DNA of 64,000 nucleotides, taken from positions 32,001 to 96,000 of IMG/VR virus record IMGVR_UViG_3300007177_000055, one strand, 5' to 3'. The notes below the pieces were generated by a model. That model was not told where the DNA came from. It saw nothing but the letters and a program-made list of their open reading frames with translations, and did not search any database. Within the stretch, counting starts at the first letter, position 1; the number at the start of each line of letters is the position of its first letter. This DNA is from a virus. A program made the position numbers and the translations under genes. Shown here piece by piece: positions 27,711-38,279 of this stretch.

Positions 27711-28626
27711 AGTTTACCTTACGTTAGGTAACGTAGAGCAGCTCTACTACGTCTTGGGTCGCCGCATTAGGTGCTTATACCACCCATCTACTGCAGAACT
27801 AACTAAAGAAATTGAGGCTCCAGTACTGTTTGAAGACCCCGACGTTTTGGTCTGGCCTCTAAGCCAAAGTGCTACCGGTCTAATAAAAGCTCGTGCTAGC
27901 ACTGCCGCCGCTGGAGCTATACCTAGCGACCAGTTCGTTCGGGTAGCCCCTGGCAAAAGAGTCTTTATTATGTTTTGTGGTGTAGACGGGCTGGTTACTA
28001 AAGCTGACGCTGCTGCAGCTAAAAAGCTTGCAGGCGGATGCTTTGAAGTACTAGATCTTAGGACGCAACACTTTAAAACTGGGCAGCCTGAATTAGATTC
28101 AGTGCTAAAAGAATATCCACTAACAGCTAAGCACTCTTTAGCTCAGCTCAGACTACTTGACGCTAACATTAACTTCTTGGCGGGAGAGCTAACACGTACA
28201 CCTGAAATAGCTTTGATAGCTAGCTTAAACACCACAGAAGGTATTGGACGATGGGGTTGTTTTAATTCAGCTGAGCTTTACAGATACTTTTTACTCACAA
28301 ACTTTAATAAACCGCCACTTTTAGTTTGGGGTAGAGCATGGAGCCTAGAACCCTACTTAGCTCCTTTTGTAAACTTAATAAAACAAGACTTAAACGTAGC
28401 TAACCCTTCAGCTCACTTAGCTAAATTTGCAGCTTGGGTATACGGAGCTAGTCACCATTGGGCTACTCCTAGTACACCTGGACTTAGCTACTACCAACCA
28501 CCTAAAGGTTTGGGTTATTACCGGTTTAACCCTTCTATACCAGCTAAACGACACTGGCATGCTACACTTAAAGGAGACCTAGTTAGGCCTTCAAAAAACA
28601 AAGTACACCACCAGGTAACTCATTAA
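27670..28626 (+). CDS. hypothetical protein, possibly a divergent delta-like clamp loader subunit
   Basis: Position and size after dnaX; no motif, so the function is inference only. Confidence 0.4.
   Translation: MLPRGFLLDIPRSKVYLTLGNVEQLYYVLGRRIRCLYHPSTAELTKEIEAPVLFEDPDVLVWPLSQSATGLIKARASTAAAGAIPSDQFVRVAPGKRVFIMFCGVDGLVTKADAAAAKKLAGGCFEVLDLRTQHFKTGQPELDSVLKEYPLTAKHSLAQLRLLDANINFLAGELTRTPEIALIASLNTTEGIGRWGCFNSAELYRYFLLTNFNKPPLLVWGRAWSLEPYLAPFVNLIKQDLNVANPSAHLAKFAAWVYGASHHWATPSTPGLSYYQPPKGLGYYRFNPSIPAKRHWHATLKGDLVRPSKNKVHHQVTH
28595..28605 (+). promoter_or_regulatory. repeated phage upstream element, copy 4
   Basis: AAAACAAAGTA about 50 nt before ATG 28655. Confidence 0.45.
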
Positions 28627-28654
28627 AAACTACCTTTATTATCACCGGAAAAAA

Positions 28655-30010
28655 ATGTCTGAAATCATTCCGTTTACGCCTAACTCTACAAACCTATATG
28701 AGCTAGACCTTAGCAATACCGAAAGTCTTTTTGACGATGACAGTTCATATACCCCTCAAGCTCTAAAAGCTGTACAAAAGCCAGTTGACAACACCTGGCG
28801 GGCTCACCGTACGGTGAAATTCCGAGAAGACAAGCTAAATTGGAAACTTCCTACCTCAGCAGCCGAACGAGCCGAAGGCAAAAAGAGCCCACAAGAAATA
28901 CTACCTTTTCACCAGTTTGTAGCTATCCGAGGAATCCCGCTCGGATTTCGTTACGGTTTTTCATTAACTGAGGGCTCCGGCGATGACTTTAAGGTTCACT
29001 GTACTACTACCAGAGTAGAAGAACATTTGGGTCAGAATTCTCGTACGATCGAAGATAGGTTTCCCCTAGAAATTCCGCTATCCAGAGTTTATCAGAAAAA
29101 AGCTACGCCGAATCAACCAAACAACTGGTTTAATAATCACCCTCACATTAAAGTGTACGGTTCTCGCCCGCCTGTTGGTATGCCGGAGTCTTATTCCGGT
29201 ACTCCTAGGGAGTGCAAAGATTGCGTACTTGCAGGTGAGCACTACATTGGCACCGAAGAAGAATTCAAGTCTGCAATGCAAATACCCACTTGCAGGATGT
29301 CCGGGTATTTACTGTTCGCTGTTACGCATTTAGGCAGCCAAGACTCTTCAGAGTTAATGGAAGATCCCGTTAACGGAAAGATCAAAGTAACTTGGCAAGC
29401 TGTAAAAGACGCCAAGCTCACTACCGAAGTTGACGGACAACGTGTACCCCTTGACCGACCATTTATCTTAAAAATTGAGGGTTTAGGTAGCAGTCAACAA
29501 TCAGCTATCGGTACCGGTCAGTACGACTGGAATGTTGAAACACAAGCTGACACCAACACGTCGATCTTGCCCGCCGGCGAGAAGCTCTATTCGGCCGGAG
29601 ACTTCTTCAATTACATCAACGACCCTAGATTCATTGGTATTCGCAACCGAAAGCTAAACAACGGGATGTTGGCTTACCCAGTAGTCACAGAAGTCTACAC
29701 CGGTAAGCTTAAAGAAGAAAAGAACGGGTCTAAGTACATCCCTGTGTTTCGGCCTGTAACCGATCCTGAAGTAATCGACAACGGTATGGGTTTAAAGCCC
29801 CAAGACTGGTTGATGAGTGCTTTGCAAACTTTGCAGTACGAGCGTTCCTTAGTTAACGCTAATGAGCAAGCTTTACCACCCGCTGCAATGTCCGCAGCTT
29901 TACCAGTCGCTGTTGAAGAGCCTACAACTAAAACTACAACTAAATCCAAAGCTACTGCAGCTACAGATTACTTAGCTTCCCAAAACTTTGAAGTATTTGG
30001 TAAGCCTTAA
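28655..30010 (+). CDS. hypothetical protein (candidate ssDNA-binding or annealing protein)
   Basis: In the replication cluster with its own upstream element and terminator; Cys cluster and low-complexity tail; function not demonstrated. Confidence 0.45.
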   Translation: MSEIIPFTPNSTNLYELDLSNTESLFDDDSSYTPQALKAVQKPVDNTWRAHRTVKFREDKLNWKLPTSAAERAEGKKSPQEILPFHQFVAIRGIPLGFRYGFSLTEGSGDDFKVHCTTTRVEEHLGQNSRTIEDRFPLEIPLSRVYQKKATPNQPNNWFNNHPHIKVYGSRPPVGMPESYSGTPRECKDCVLAGEHYIGTEEEFKSAMQIPTCRMSGYLLFAVTHLGSQDSSELMEDPVNGKIKVTWQAVKDAKLTTEVDGQRVPLDRPFILKIEGLGSSQQSAIGTGQYDWNVETQADTNTSILPAGEKLYSAGDFFNYINDPRFIGIRNRKLNNGMLAYPVVTEVYTGKLKEEKNGSKYIPVFRPVTDPEVIDNGMGLKPQDWLMSALQTLQYERSLVNANEQALPPAAMSAALPVAVEEPTTKTTTKSKATAATDYLASQNFEVFGKP

Positions 30011-30022
30011 CCCAAATAACTG

Positions 30023-30043
30023 AGGGGGCTTCGGCCCCCTTTT
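30023..30043 (+). terminator. intrinsic terminator
   Basis: AGGGGGC-TTCG-GCCCCCT plus TTT; C(UUCG)G tetraloop. Confidence 0.85.
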
Positions 30044-30046
30044 CCA

Positions 30047-31516
30047 ATGAAACCTACAATCAGCTTCAACGGCTCTGCAGCAGAACTAAGTGGAGTACCT
30101 AACTCCACTCACAAAAAGGTTTATGACTTACTGTCTTGGGAAGACTCTAATGTTTCGTATCAGAACTCACGATACAGAAATTCTCGCTGGAGGGAACCAG
30201 AAGATCCCACACGCAGCGCTTATGACCTGAAGACACACCAATTCCCTACTGGTTTAGTACCCAGGGTTTTAGTAAAACTAAAGCAACTAGGTTTTGATCC
30301 AGAATTAGTAAAGCAATACGTCAGCATTACCCCCACCGAACCAGAAATCCCTGAGTGGGCTTTTGACCACCAACGAAAAGCCGTAGAACTAGCTTTACAG
30401 CACCGTAGGTGCTTAATACAAGCTCCTGCTGGTTCTGGTAAAACTTACATTTTAGTGTTTATAGCTAGTTGTTTTCCTGAAGCCCAAATACTAATCACTA
30501 TACACAACTCAGACATTTTTCTGGGACTACATAAAACTTTCAGTTCCTACTTTGACGAACCCATCGGACAAATTGGTCGTGGTAAAAAGAAATGGGAGCG
30601 CATTACTATTGGCATGCAAAAGTCTTTAGCATTGTATGCCCAGACCGACTTTGCAGACCCTTTAAGCAAAGTAGACGTATTACTTGGAGACGAAGTTCAC
30701 CATTTTGGTTGCGGCGAAGGGTCTAAGATTTCGCTGGCCCTAACCAACACTTCCTATCGTATAGGGGTAAGTGCCACTAAAGATCGAGGTGATGGAGCCG
30801 ACTTCTTAGTAGAAGGAGCTTTTGGACCTTTAGCTTTGACCATACCAGAAATGGAAATGGTGAAACTAGGAGTTATACATGCACCTCAAGCGTATTTCTT
30901 AAGTGTGCCGGCTTTAAGCTCAAGTATTACAGCTGTAATTGAACAAGAACACCGTAACAACTTAAGAGAGGGTTACTACCGCAAAGGGATAGTTCAAAAC
31001 CCTTACCGCAATGAATTAGCAGTTGACGTAGTGTTAACTTTTTTAAGTTGCTCTACCCGCAGTGGTAACGCTCTCATTTTGGTTGAGCGGCTAGAACATG
31101 GATTAGAAATCCAACGCTTGTTAGCTGCAGCAGGTAAAAAAGTAGACTTCATTGAAGGTACAAATACTTCAAACGAAGTTCGTAAAGCTCAAATTACAGC
31201 TCTAAACAATCAAGAGATAGACGCCTTAATAGCAACTTCTATTACTGACGAAGGAGTTGACATCCCGGGTCTAGAACTAGTAGTCAACTTAGCCGGGGGT
31301 TCTAGTCAACGTGCCATAATACAACGTGCAGGAAGATCAGGCCGAATTGATCGTAAAGGATCTAAAACTAGATCCTTATACATAGATTTTGAGGATCTGG
31401 AACCTGCCTTTCTTCACAAAAACTACCGGAACCGTCAGCAACACTTAAACGCTCGTTTTCCAGGTTGCAGCTCTGTTACTACGCTTGATAAATTGAGATC
31501 TATCCTTAATGACTAA
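30047..31516 (+). CDS. SF2 DNA helicase (UvsW/XPB-like)
   Basis: FDHQ, APAGSGKT, DEVHH, SAT, DEGVDIP, IIQRAGRSGR. Confidence 0.92.
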   Translation: MKPTISFNGSAAELSGVPNSTHKKVYDLLSWEDSNVSYQNSRYRNSRWREPEDPTRSAYDLKTHQFPTGLVPRVLVKLKQLGFDPELVKQYVSITPTEPEIPEWAFDHQRKAVELALQHRRCLIQAPAGSGKTYILVFIASCFPEAQILITIHNSDIFLGLHKTFSSYFDEPIGQIGRGKKKWERITIGMQKSLALYAQTDFADPLSKVDVLLGDEVHHFGCGEGSKISLALTNTSYRIGVSATKDRGDGADFLVEGAFGPLALTIPEMEMVKLGVIHAPQAYFLSVPALSSSITAVIEQEHRNNLREGYYRKGIVQNPYRNELAVDVVLTFLSCSTRSGNALILVERLEHGLEIQRLLAAAGKKVDFIEGTNTSNEVRKAQITALNNQEIDALIATSITDEGVDIPGLELVVNLAGGSSQRAIIQRAGRSGRIDRKGSKTRSLYIDFEDLEPAFLHKNYRNRQQHLNARFPGCSSVTTLDKLRSILND

Positions 31517-31741
31517 CAAGTTTCCTGGAGCCTCAAGTACACAAGCTGAAGTTCTAGCTCTAATCTTAGAGCACGCGGTAAAAACAGGCCTTTTAAAGGC
31601 AAGCGTCAACGAAGGGCTGGAGTCAATTCCAGCCCCCGATGAAGTACTACCTAAAAGACAGTATCAGTCACGTTAAATAATGTAAGTCTCCCTTTTCAAG
31701 AACTAAAAGAAGGTACCATTGAGTAGTATTGATCTATTACT

Positions 31742-32002
31742 ATGTGGTTGCCTCAAAAAGCATACAACGGCAAAAAACCCTCAGCCGTAGCTACTACTAC
31801 TGTTGGGGTATGTGCCAGTCAAGTAGTAGCAGCTTCTTTACTACCACCGCCTTTTCCTTTGTTAGCGTTGCCTATAAGTTTACTGTTAGTACTATGGCTA
31901 ACATACATGCCAGCTAAGAAGAAAAATCTAGGTTTACGGCCACCCGAAGCTATACCTACCCTTATGTATGTTGAACCCCCTGTTAATAAGCAGTTTAAGT
32001 AA
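31742..32002 (+). CDS. small membrane protein
   Basis: Hydrophobic segment FPLLALPISLLLVLWL. Confidence 0.5.
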   Translation: MWLPQKAYNGKKPSAVATTTVGVCASQVVAASLLPPPFPLLALPISLLLVLWLTYMPAKKKNLGLRPPEAIPTLMYVEPPVNKQFK

Positions 32003-32131
32003 TAAACTGTACAAGTTAACTATTAAAGTGTTGTATTAAATAAGTTTGGTTATACCGAATATATACAAAGCAAAATTGACAGCCTAAATAAACATATAAA
32101 CTTAACAAGGTTAACCTTTCATTTCATACTT

Positions 32132-33847
32132 ATGGATCCCCGCTTCCAAGTGGCGCTAATCGCCGCCACGCCCAACCCCCAGCGCTGTGTCTATGCCGCG
32201 ATGCATCAGGACTACAGCGAGGGCTATGTGGCCGCCGAACAGCAGCGGTGGCCTGAGGAGGCTGAGGCGGGCGCGATCTGCGTCAAGCGTCTGCTGGCCG
32301 GAGAACGAGGCCACTATGGTTGCTATTCTGCCGATACCGAAGTGCTAACAGATTCGGGATGGGTTTTCTGGCCCGATGTAAAGTCTTATCACAGGCTAGC
32401 CGCAGTGCAACCCAAACAAGGATTAATCACTTTTGAGACTCCTAGTAGTATTCAAGTTGTAGACTTTGCGGAAGGAGATCACCTGTATGAAGTTAGTTCA
32501 CAAAAAATTAACTTTGCCGTAACCTTGGACCATCGAATGGTAGTGTCTACGCGCAAGTCTAATGGCAGTTGGACGGACTGGGAAACAAAACCGGCTTCTG
32601 AAGTTATAGAAAAGTCAGTTCGTTACATGTTAGCGGGAACTCTTGTTGGTCGCTCAATTCCTCTCGACTTTCCCAATGTTGACCCAATAGCAGTATTTAA
32701 GCTGGCAGGCTTCTTTTTTGGAGATGGATGTCGTTCTAAAAATGAAAATCCTACTACAGTACGATTTAGGCTACGAAAAAAAAGAAAAATTGACTACTTA
32801 CATAGCTTAGGTTTTGATGTTAAGGCGGGAAAAGGCGACTGCTTTACAGTTAATGAGCCGCAGTTAGCCTGTTGGATCAATAAGCACTTTTCTAGTTTGA
32901 CCGGAAAAGTGATTCCATCTTTTATCATGCACTTGCCAAGGCATTTATTTGATGCGTTTACCGATGGACTAATGAATAGCGATGGAAGCCTAAAAAGAAA
33001 TACGTGGTGTTACGACTCAAAGGAAAAAGAGTCGCTAGACATACTGCAAGCAGCTTTTCATTTAAACGGTTGCCTTGCATCTCTTTCCCTTAACAACCCC
33101 AATACCGGAGTTGGCCATGAAAATCATGCTCCATGCTGGAGGCTGCACATTTCTTCTGGCAATCCCGTGGCTAGATCCGAGTTTAATCAATTAGGTAGAA
33201 CAAGGGGTCAGTCAGGTCTTGTTTCTTACAGTGGCAAAGTATATTGTGCTACAGTTTCAACTGGCGCACTTTTGGTCAGGAGGAACGGAAAACCAATCGT
33301 GCTAGGCAATTGCCTAGAGCATGCCCAAATTACGCTTAACGCTGGCTGGTTTCCTCACTCTGTAATGCAGCAAGCCCGCACACACCGCGTCGGCATTTCG
33401 TTTGACTGTCAATCCATGCGCTATACAGGCGACCGCATCGTCAAAGCAGCTAAGAGTGAGCTAGAACTAGAAGAAGTATTCTATTTGCGGCCCGTGGGTA
33501 ACTATCAAGACCGTCAAGGTAAAAAGTACTACTATTCTGCTGAAGAGCGTACTAAAGACTTGGCGCTCTGCCTAACCGCAGCACAACGTTACGGTGAGTT
33601 AATCAGCCTAGGATATGCAGAAGAGCATGCCCGTGGCATTTTGCCCTTTGATTACCGCCAGCACTTCGTGGTCAGCTTCAGTTTACGGGCTTTTATGCAC
33701 TTCTTAGACCTACGTGCCAAACTCGACGCTCAACTAGAAATCCGCCAACTTTGTGAATTAATGTTTCCACATCTGGAAGTATGGGTTCCTCAGTTTGCTG
33801 AATGGTACAAAACCAGCCGTTATGGCAAGGCAAGGTTAGCTCCATAA
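32132..33847 (+). CDS. thyX: FAD-dependent thymidylate synthase ThyX, intein-containing
   Basis: ATPNPQ..VYAAMHQDYSE, GERGHYG/CLEH, QQARTHRVG.SFD.QSMRY, AEEHARG, RAKLDAQLEIR, all picocyanobacterial-type. Confidence 0.96.
   Translation: MDPRFQVALIAATPNPQRCVYAAMHQDYSEGYVAAEQQRWPEEAEAGAICVKRLLAGERGHYGCYSADTEVLTDSGWVFWPDVKSYHRLAAVQPKQGLITFETPSSIQVVDFAEGDHLYEVSSQKINFAVTLDHRMVVSTRKSNGSWTDWETKPASEVIEKSVRYMLAGTLVGRSIPLDFPNVDPIAVFKLAGFFFGDGCRSKNENPTTVRFRLRKKRKIDYLHSLGFDVKAGKGDCFTVNEPQLACWINKHFSSLTGKVIPSFIMHLPRHLFDAFTDGLMNSDGSLKRNTWCYDSKEKESLDILQAAFHLNGCLASLSLNNPNTGVGHENHAPCWRLHISSGNPVARSEFNQLGRTRGQSGLVSYSGKVYCATVSTGALLVRRNGKPIVLGNCLEHAQITLNAGWFPHSVMQQARTHRVGISFDCQSMRYTGDRIVKAAKSELELEEVFYLRPVGNYQDRQGKKYYYSAEERTKDLALCLTAAQRYGELISLGYAEEHARGILPFDYRQHFVVSFSLRAFMHFLDLRAKLDAQLEIRQLCELMFPHLEVWVPQFAEWYKTSRYGKARLAP
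32321..33310 (+). mobile_element. intein with LAGLIDADG endonuclease (330 aa) in ThyX
   Basis: CYSADTEVLT start, VTLDHRM block B, LAGFFFGDG and FTDGLMNSDG motifs, VYCATV...VLGN end, +1 Cys. Confidence 0.95.
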
Positions 33848-33854
33848 AAATTGC

Positions 33855-36586
33855 ATGAGCGCCACAGTAAAAATCCCCGGCTGGGGGCTTAACTCCGTTA
33901 GGAACTCAGCCACCAACTTAGAAGAAAAGAAAGGACTGATTTCTCTAGAAGAAAGTGAAGCTAATTTGTGGGCTGGCCTAAAAGAAGTTTACTCTTACAA
34001 AGGGCGCATCATCTATCGCGACACCAACACTATCCAAGAGGGCACATGACCACACCAGCGGCTGGCATTGCTGCTGGACTGGATGTTTGGCACGGTGCTC
34101 CCAATTCTGCAACCGTTGGCGGACAGGCATGGGTTTGGGAGGCAATGGTTCGACATGAGCCGCCAGCGAACAAAAATGCGGCACAGGCGGCGGCATGGGC
34201 GGCGGCAAGGGCGGTAGAGGCGTGGGCTGAGCTTGACCCTTGCGGATTGCTTCTAAAACTAATTGAGCTGCCATGAAAAACAGCGCTTTTGTTTTTTACG
34301 TGTTGGAGTAACTATTATTTGGTTGATTGCAAGATTAGTTGCCGCTTTATTGCTACGGAAAGCCCACCAACTTTTACAAAATCACAAATGACTGATTTTC
34401 ATGAACTTCCGGTTTGGCCTCAAAGCCAACAATCATTGCAAGAGCAAATAGAAACCCTTGTGCAAGTTGCTAACCGGCTTGGTCTTTACGACGCTGCCGA
34501 TGCCGTTTGTCAGCTAATACCTCGTCTTAGCGAGGTCAAATATGGTTGTCATGTTGACCTTGATCCAGGAATGGAGCCTGACGGTTGCGTCATTGATGAG
34601 GGGCGACTACAAGATTGTATTTACGCTAAGCCTGAAATGAGAAAAGAACAGTGTAAATATTGGAGAGTTATCAAACCCACGCCTACTAAGAACACAAATG
34701 ACTGACACAAAAACTGCTGCCGAAGCCTCTCTAATCCTGGCTAACATCATCCGCCAAGTCGATCCCCGCAACGACCTGAGCCCGGAAAAGCTGGCAGAGG
34801 CCATTCTGGGCCACTTTGGCAGTTGCTGGGGGCCTGCAATGCCGCCCGACGAAGAAGAGGTAGCTGATCTGGTGGCTGCACTAAATGCAGATGCAGACTG
34901 TGTTGAGGTTGAGGGTTATAACCTCTGTAACATTACGGCTGAGCAAATGCGTCGCATTGCCGAGTTGCTCCAGCAGCGCCACCCCACGCCAGTAGCGGTG
35001 AGTGAGCGCCTGCCGGGACCGAAGGATTCATGGGACTGGGCTAAAGGAGCTACTTATTGGCTGCCCTTCCACGCCCTGCCGCTGCCTGCGTGGGAGGGGC
35101 AGTCATGAGCCGCCCTCCGCTTCACATTGCCATGACCCACCAACCGAAGACAACGACAGTACCAATGAAGGACACCCCCGCCGCCCAAGCTAGGAAGTTG
35201 ATACTGGCCTACCGAAAGGCAGCCGACGAGGTTCCGCATCGTGCCGGCCTCGCCGCCGCCCTGCGCGACGCCGCAGATCAGGTGGTGCCGGAGGGCGGAG
35301 TTTTCCTCTCGACCGCTAGCGCACCCCGCATCCGCCGCGACCTACTTGCCATCGCCGCCGCCCTGGAGCGGCAGTCATGAGCCGCCCTCCGCGCAGGCGG
35401 TGGTTGACAACATTCGTGACATGTCACAAGTTAAGAAATCATGACCACTCCATCCCTCCCCTACGATGTCCAACGTTGTCTTGGCGACGGCTACGACGAA
35501 GATGGCGTGATCGAATGGCGCGAAGGTTGCAAAATCTGCCTTAGGCGTACATCTCCGCCGCATCCTGATCCATCACGCCAGCGGTGGATCTCACCACCGC
35601 AGATCATTATTTTTGAATGTGAGCATCTAATTGAACCATGAAAAAACTCAGCAAATCAAAACAGGCGCTTCTAAAGCGTGCATTTGTTGCAGACATGAAT
35701 TCTGCAGATTTGTGGGAGCGAAGGTTGGTGCCGTGATCAAGATCACACCAGACTGTGGAAAACTTGGTAATTTCTATTGGTCAAACACGACAAAGCAACG
35801 CTTTTATTGCAATGGACATCAAAGAAATGCAAGCCAAAAAAGCTGCACTTGAAAGTAAAATTTCTAACATGTTACTTGAGTTTACCCGGGAAACAAAAGC
35901 TAAAGTAGACCTTATTTATGTAGATGTTGTAGTAGAAAGGGATAATAAGCCAGTTGCCTACTTAGTTGATCTAAACCTTGTTCCATGAACTTTTTACTAA
36001 GAGATGAACCCAAACCTTAACACTCTCTTAGTACTCAATGCTTTTCAAAGCTGTATCCTAATCTGGAGTATTGCTATTGTTTTAAACCTTTTTTCTACCT
36101 AACACTTAAAGTAGCTAACCGTCGCGGTCCTTCAAACCTATGGACAGGCATGTGCCCAGCGATACAGAAAACTTGCAGATGCTGAGATCAGAAGTATCTC
36201 AGCTGAAGTACGAAGTATCTCAGCTAGATCAAGGCAACAACTTGGTTTTCTCGCAGAACAAGGCTTTAGCCGCGTCATTATTGCCGATGCAATCGGCAGT
36301 ATCGCAGATGCAGTATTAGAATGTGACTAGTAGGTATCACAGTTTTGATCTATGTCGAAAAAAAGTAACAACCGAGACAGACTTAACCAAGACATGGCAA
36401 GAGCTGGAGCAGAAAGTAGAATCTCAGAACAAAGAAATCTCCTCATTGCTGCAATCAATGAGGCAAGAGAGGGAAGAGATAAAACAAGAAAGTAAGCAAA
36501 GACAGCAAGAGCTATCTTCTGCTGTATTGCGGATGGAAAACGCACTCTCTCGGTTAAAAGCTAGCGGCTGCTCCCTATTTAGTTAA
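33855..36586 (+). other. array of short, partly GC-rich hypothetical ORFs (accessory/mosaic region)
   Basis: Chain of 60-140 aa ORFs joined by ATGA overlaps; 34050-35640 looks more GC-rich than its flanks. Confidence 0.6.
35093..35392 (+). repeat. 28-bp direct repeat pair (35093-35120, 35365-35392) flanking one small ORF
   Basis: GGAG[G/C]GGCAGTCATGAGCCGCCCTCCGC, 27/28 identical. Confidence 0.9.
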
Positions 36587-36874
36587 ATGGATCAAAACTC
36601 AGTTAGAGAAGCAAACATAAACGAACAACTTACTTTTAATGAGCGCTGGGAATCTGTATTTCCAAGAGGCCCTGGGTTAATTAGACCTCAAAGGACCTGT
36701 TTTAACCCAAACGGATCCGTAGAACTAAATGTCTGTAGTTGGGTTGACTCAACCCATTTTCAAAACCCAAAGACTTTCCCAGACTGGAAAGCAGTTTCTG
36801 ATAAAGACCTAGCCGACTACTATTTAGAATCCTGCATATTATACGTATCCACTGAGTTTAAACAGGAAATATGA
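36587..36874 (+). CDS. hypothetical protein
   Basis: ORF in operon. Confidence 0.55.
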   Translation: MDQNSVREANINEQLTFNERWESVFPRGPGLIRPQRTCFNPNGSVELNVCSWVDSTHFQNPKTFPDWKAVSDKDLADYYLESCILYVSTEFKQEI

Positions 36875-37122
36875 TAGACAAACAAACCACCGAAGTCTTG
36901 TTTAATACTTTTGGAAAAGCTCTAGACAATGGCAAAAACTACCGCCAGGCTTTAGGTACGTTTACCAAGGCTCTAGCTGACTTAGTTATACCCTGTGAGC
37001 CTCGCCCTGAAGTTTCACAAATGACTAGTCAAGAAGACATTAACGAATGGTCTCTTGCTCAGTCTTACCGCAATGAAATCTTACAAATAGCTGCTTTGCT
37101 AAGTCCGCCTTATAGAGAGTAA
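36871..37122 (+). CDS. hypothetical protein
   Basis: ORF in operon. Confidence 0.55.
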   Translation: MIDKQTTEVLFNTFGKALDNGKNYRQALGTFTKALADLVIPCEPRPEVSQMTSQEDINEWSLAQSYRNEILQIAALLSPPYRE

Positions 37123-37124
37123 TT

Positions 37125-37496
37125 ATGGAAAGTTCTACACAAGAAATACCAGAGCCCAGGCCAATTTACTTAATAGCTGTAGTAGTAGGAAACAACGAAT
37201 ACAACACTACATTTGTAGAACTCCTGGAAAGTATTAACAGGGTATTAATGTGGCGTGAACTACCTTCAACAGCGTTTGTAGAGGACTTAATTAGGTCAAG
37301 CATACATTTTCATTACTTAGGCTTCCAAGTGTCTGAAGAGCAGCAACTTGGAAACGTAGTGCAAACAGTTGAGCATTTACAAAAAAACGTAAAAGTGCTG
37401 TTCAACAAAGAAGCTGAAAAAGACATAGAAACTCAAGATCACGGCTACGGAGCTTGGTATCTAGAAGTAAACAGCGGTGAGATTTACGATTACTAG
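37125..37496 (+). CDS. hypothetical protein
   Basis: ORF in operon. Confidence 0.6.
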   Translation: MESSTQEIPEPRPIYLIAVVVGNNEYNTTFVELLESINRVLMWRELPSTAFVEDLIRSSIHFHYLGFQVSEEQQLGNVVQTVEHLQKNVKVLFNKEAEKDIETQDHGYGAWYLEVNSGEIYDY

Positions 37497-37504
37497 ACCA
37501 AATT

Positions 37505-37935
37505 ATGACTAGAGGTTACGCCGGTATAGGGCTATACCAGCCTAAAGCACCACAAAATGTAGGCGGTGTGCTCAGAGCAGCTTATTGCTATAACGCTGCT
37601 TTTGTAGCACAAAGCGGTATTCGTTACGAAGGTAGCGTTTTAGACACTGCCAAAGCCTACCGACACTTACCGTGTTTACGGTAAGTGATTTGTTAGACGT
37701 ACTGCCCTACGAATGCGTACCGGTAGCAGTCGATCTGTTACCTAAAGCCTGTAGCCTATTTAACTATACACACCCAGAAAGAGCTTTTTATCTGTTTGGT
37801 CCTGAAGACAGAACCCTGCCAGAAGAAATAGTAAAACGTTGTCGAGACCTAATATACATACCTACTAGTTTTTGCATGAACTTAGCAGCCACCGTCAATG
37901 TTGTTCTTTATGACCGCTTATCAAAAAGTGCTTAG
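37505..37935 (+). pseudogene. SpoU/TrmH-family (SPOUT) RNA methyltransferase, frameshifted near 37671
   Basis: MTRGYAGIGLYQPKAPQNVGGVLRAA...RHLP in one frame; VFTVSDL...YLFGPED...IPT..CMNLAATVNVVLYDR in the -1 frame. Confidence 0.85.
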
Positions 37936-38279
37936 AACCTTAAAATGGTACTTTACACCTAGTCCCAACCCTTTTGACTAACTACACGAAGCAGCTCAAG
38001 AGTTTAAACAAGAGTTAAGCAAAGAGCTTTACTCTAAGAGTTTAAATACAGCTAGGCCTAGCCCTAAAGAACTAAGAGACTTCTTTTGGCCTACGGCAGC
38101 GGTTACTACAACTGTAACTGCACACAAGAGTTTGACGCTTTAACTGAAGCCCACATCAAGTTTGCTGAAAAGCTGCTTGATGCGTACGGCTGTAGTAACA
38201 GTTCATTTGCTATGGAGTGCAAATCCATCCATCAAGACCTAACCACTATAGCTAAACGTGTTGCCAACCTTACTAACTC

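Noticed and set aside
32076-32102. Sigma70 promoter with TTGACA upstream of thyX
   Set aside because: The best -10 candidates (TATAAA, TAAACT) give spacers of only 13 or 15 nt
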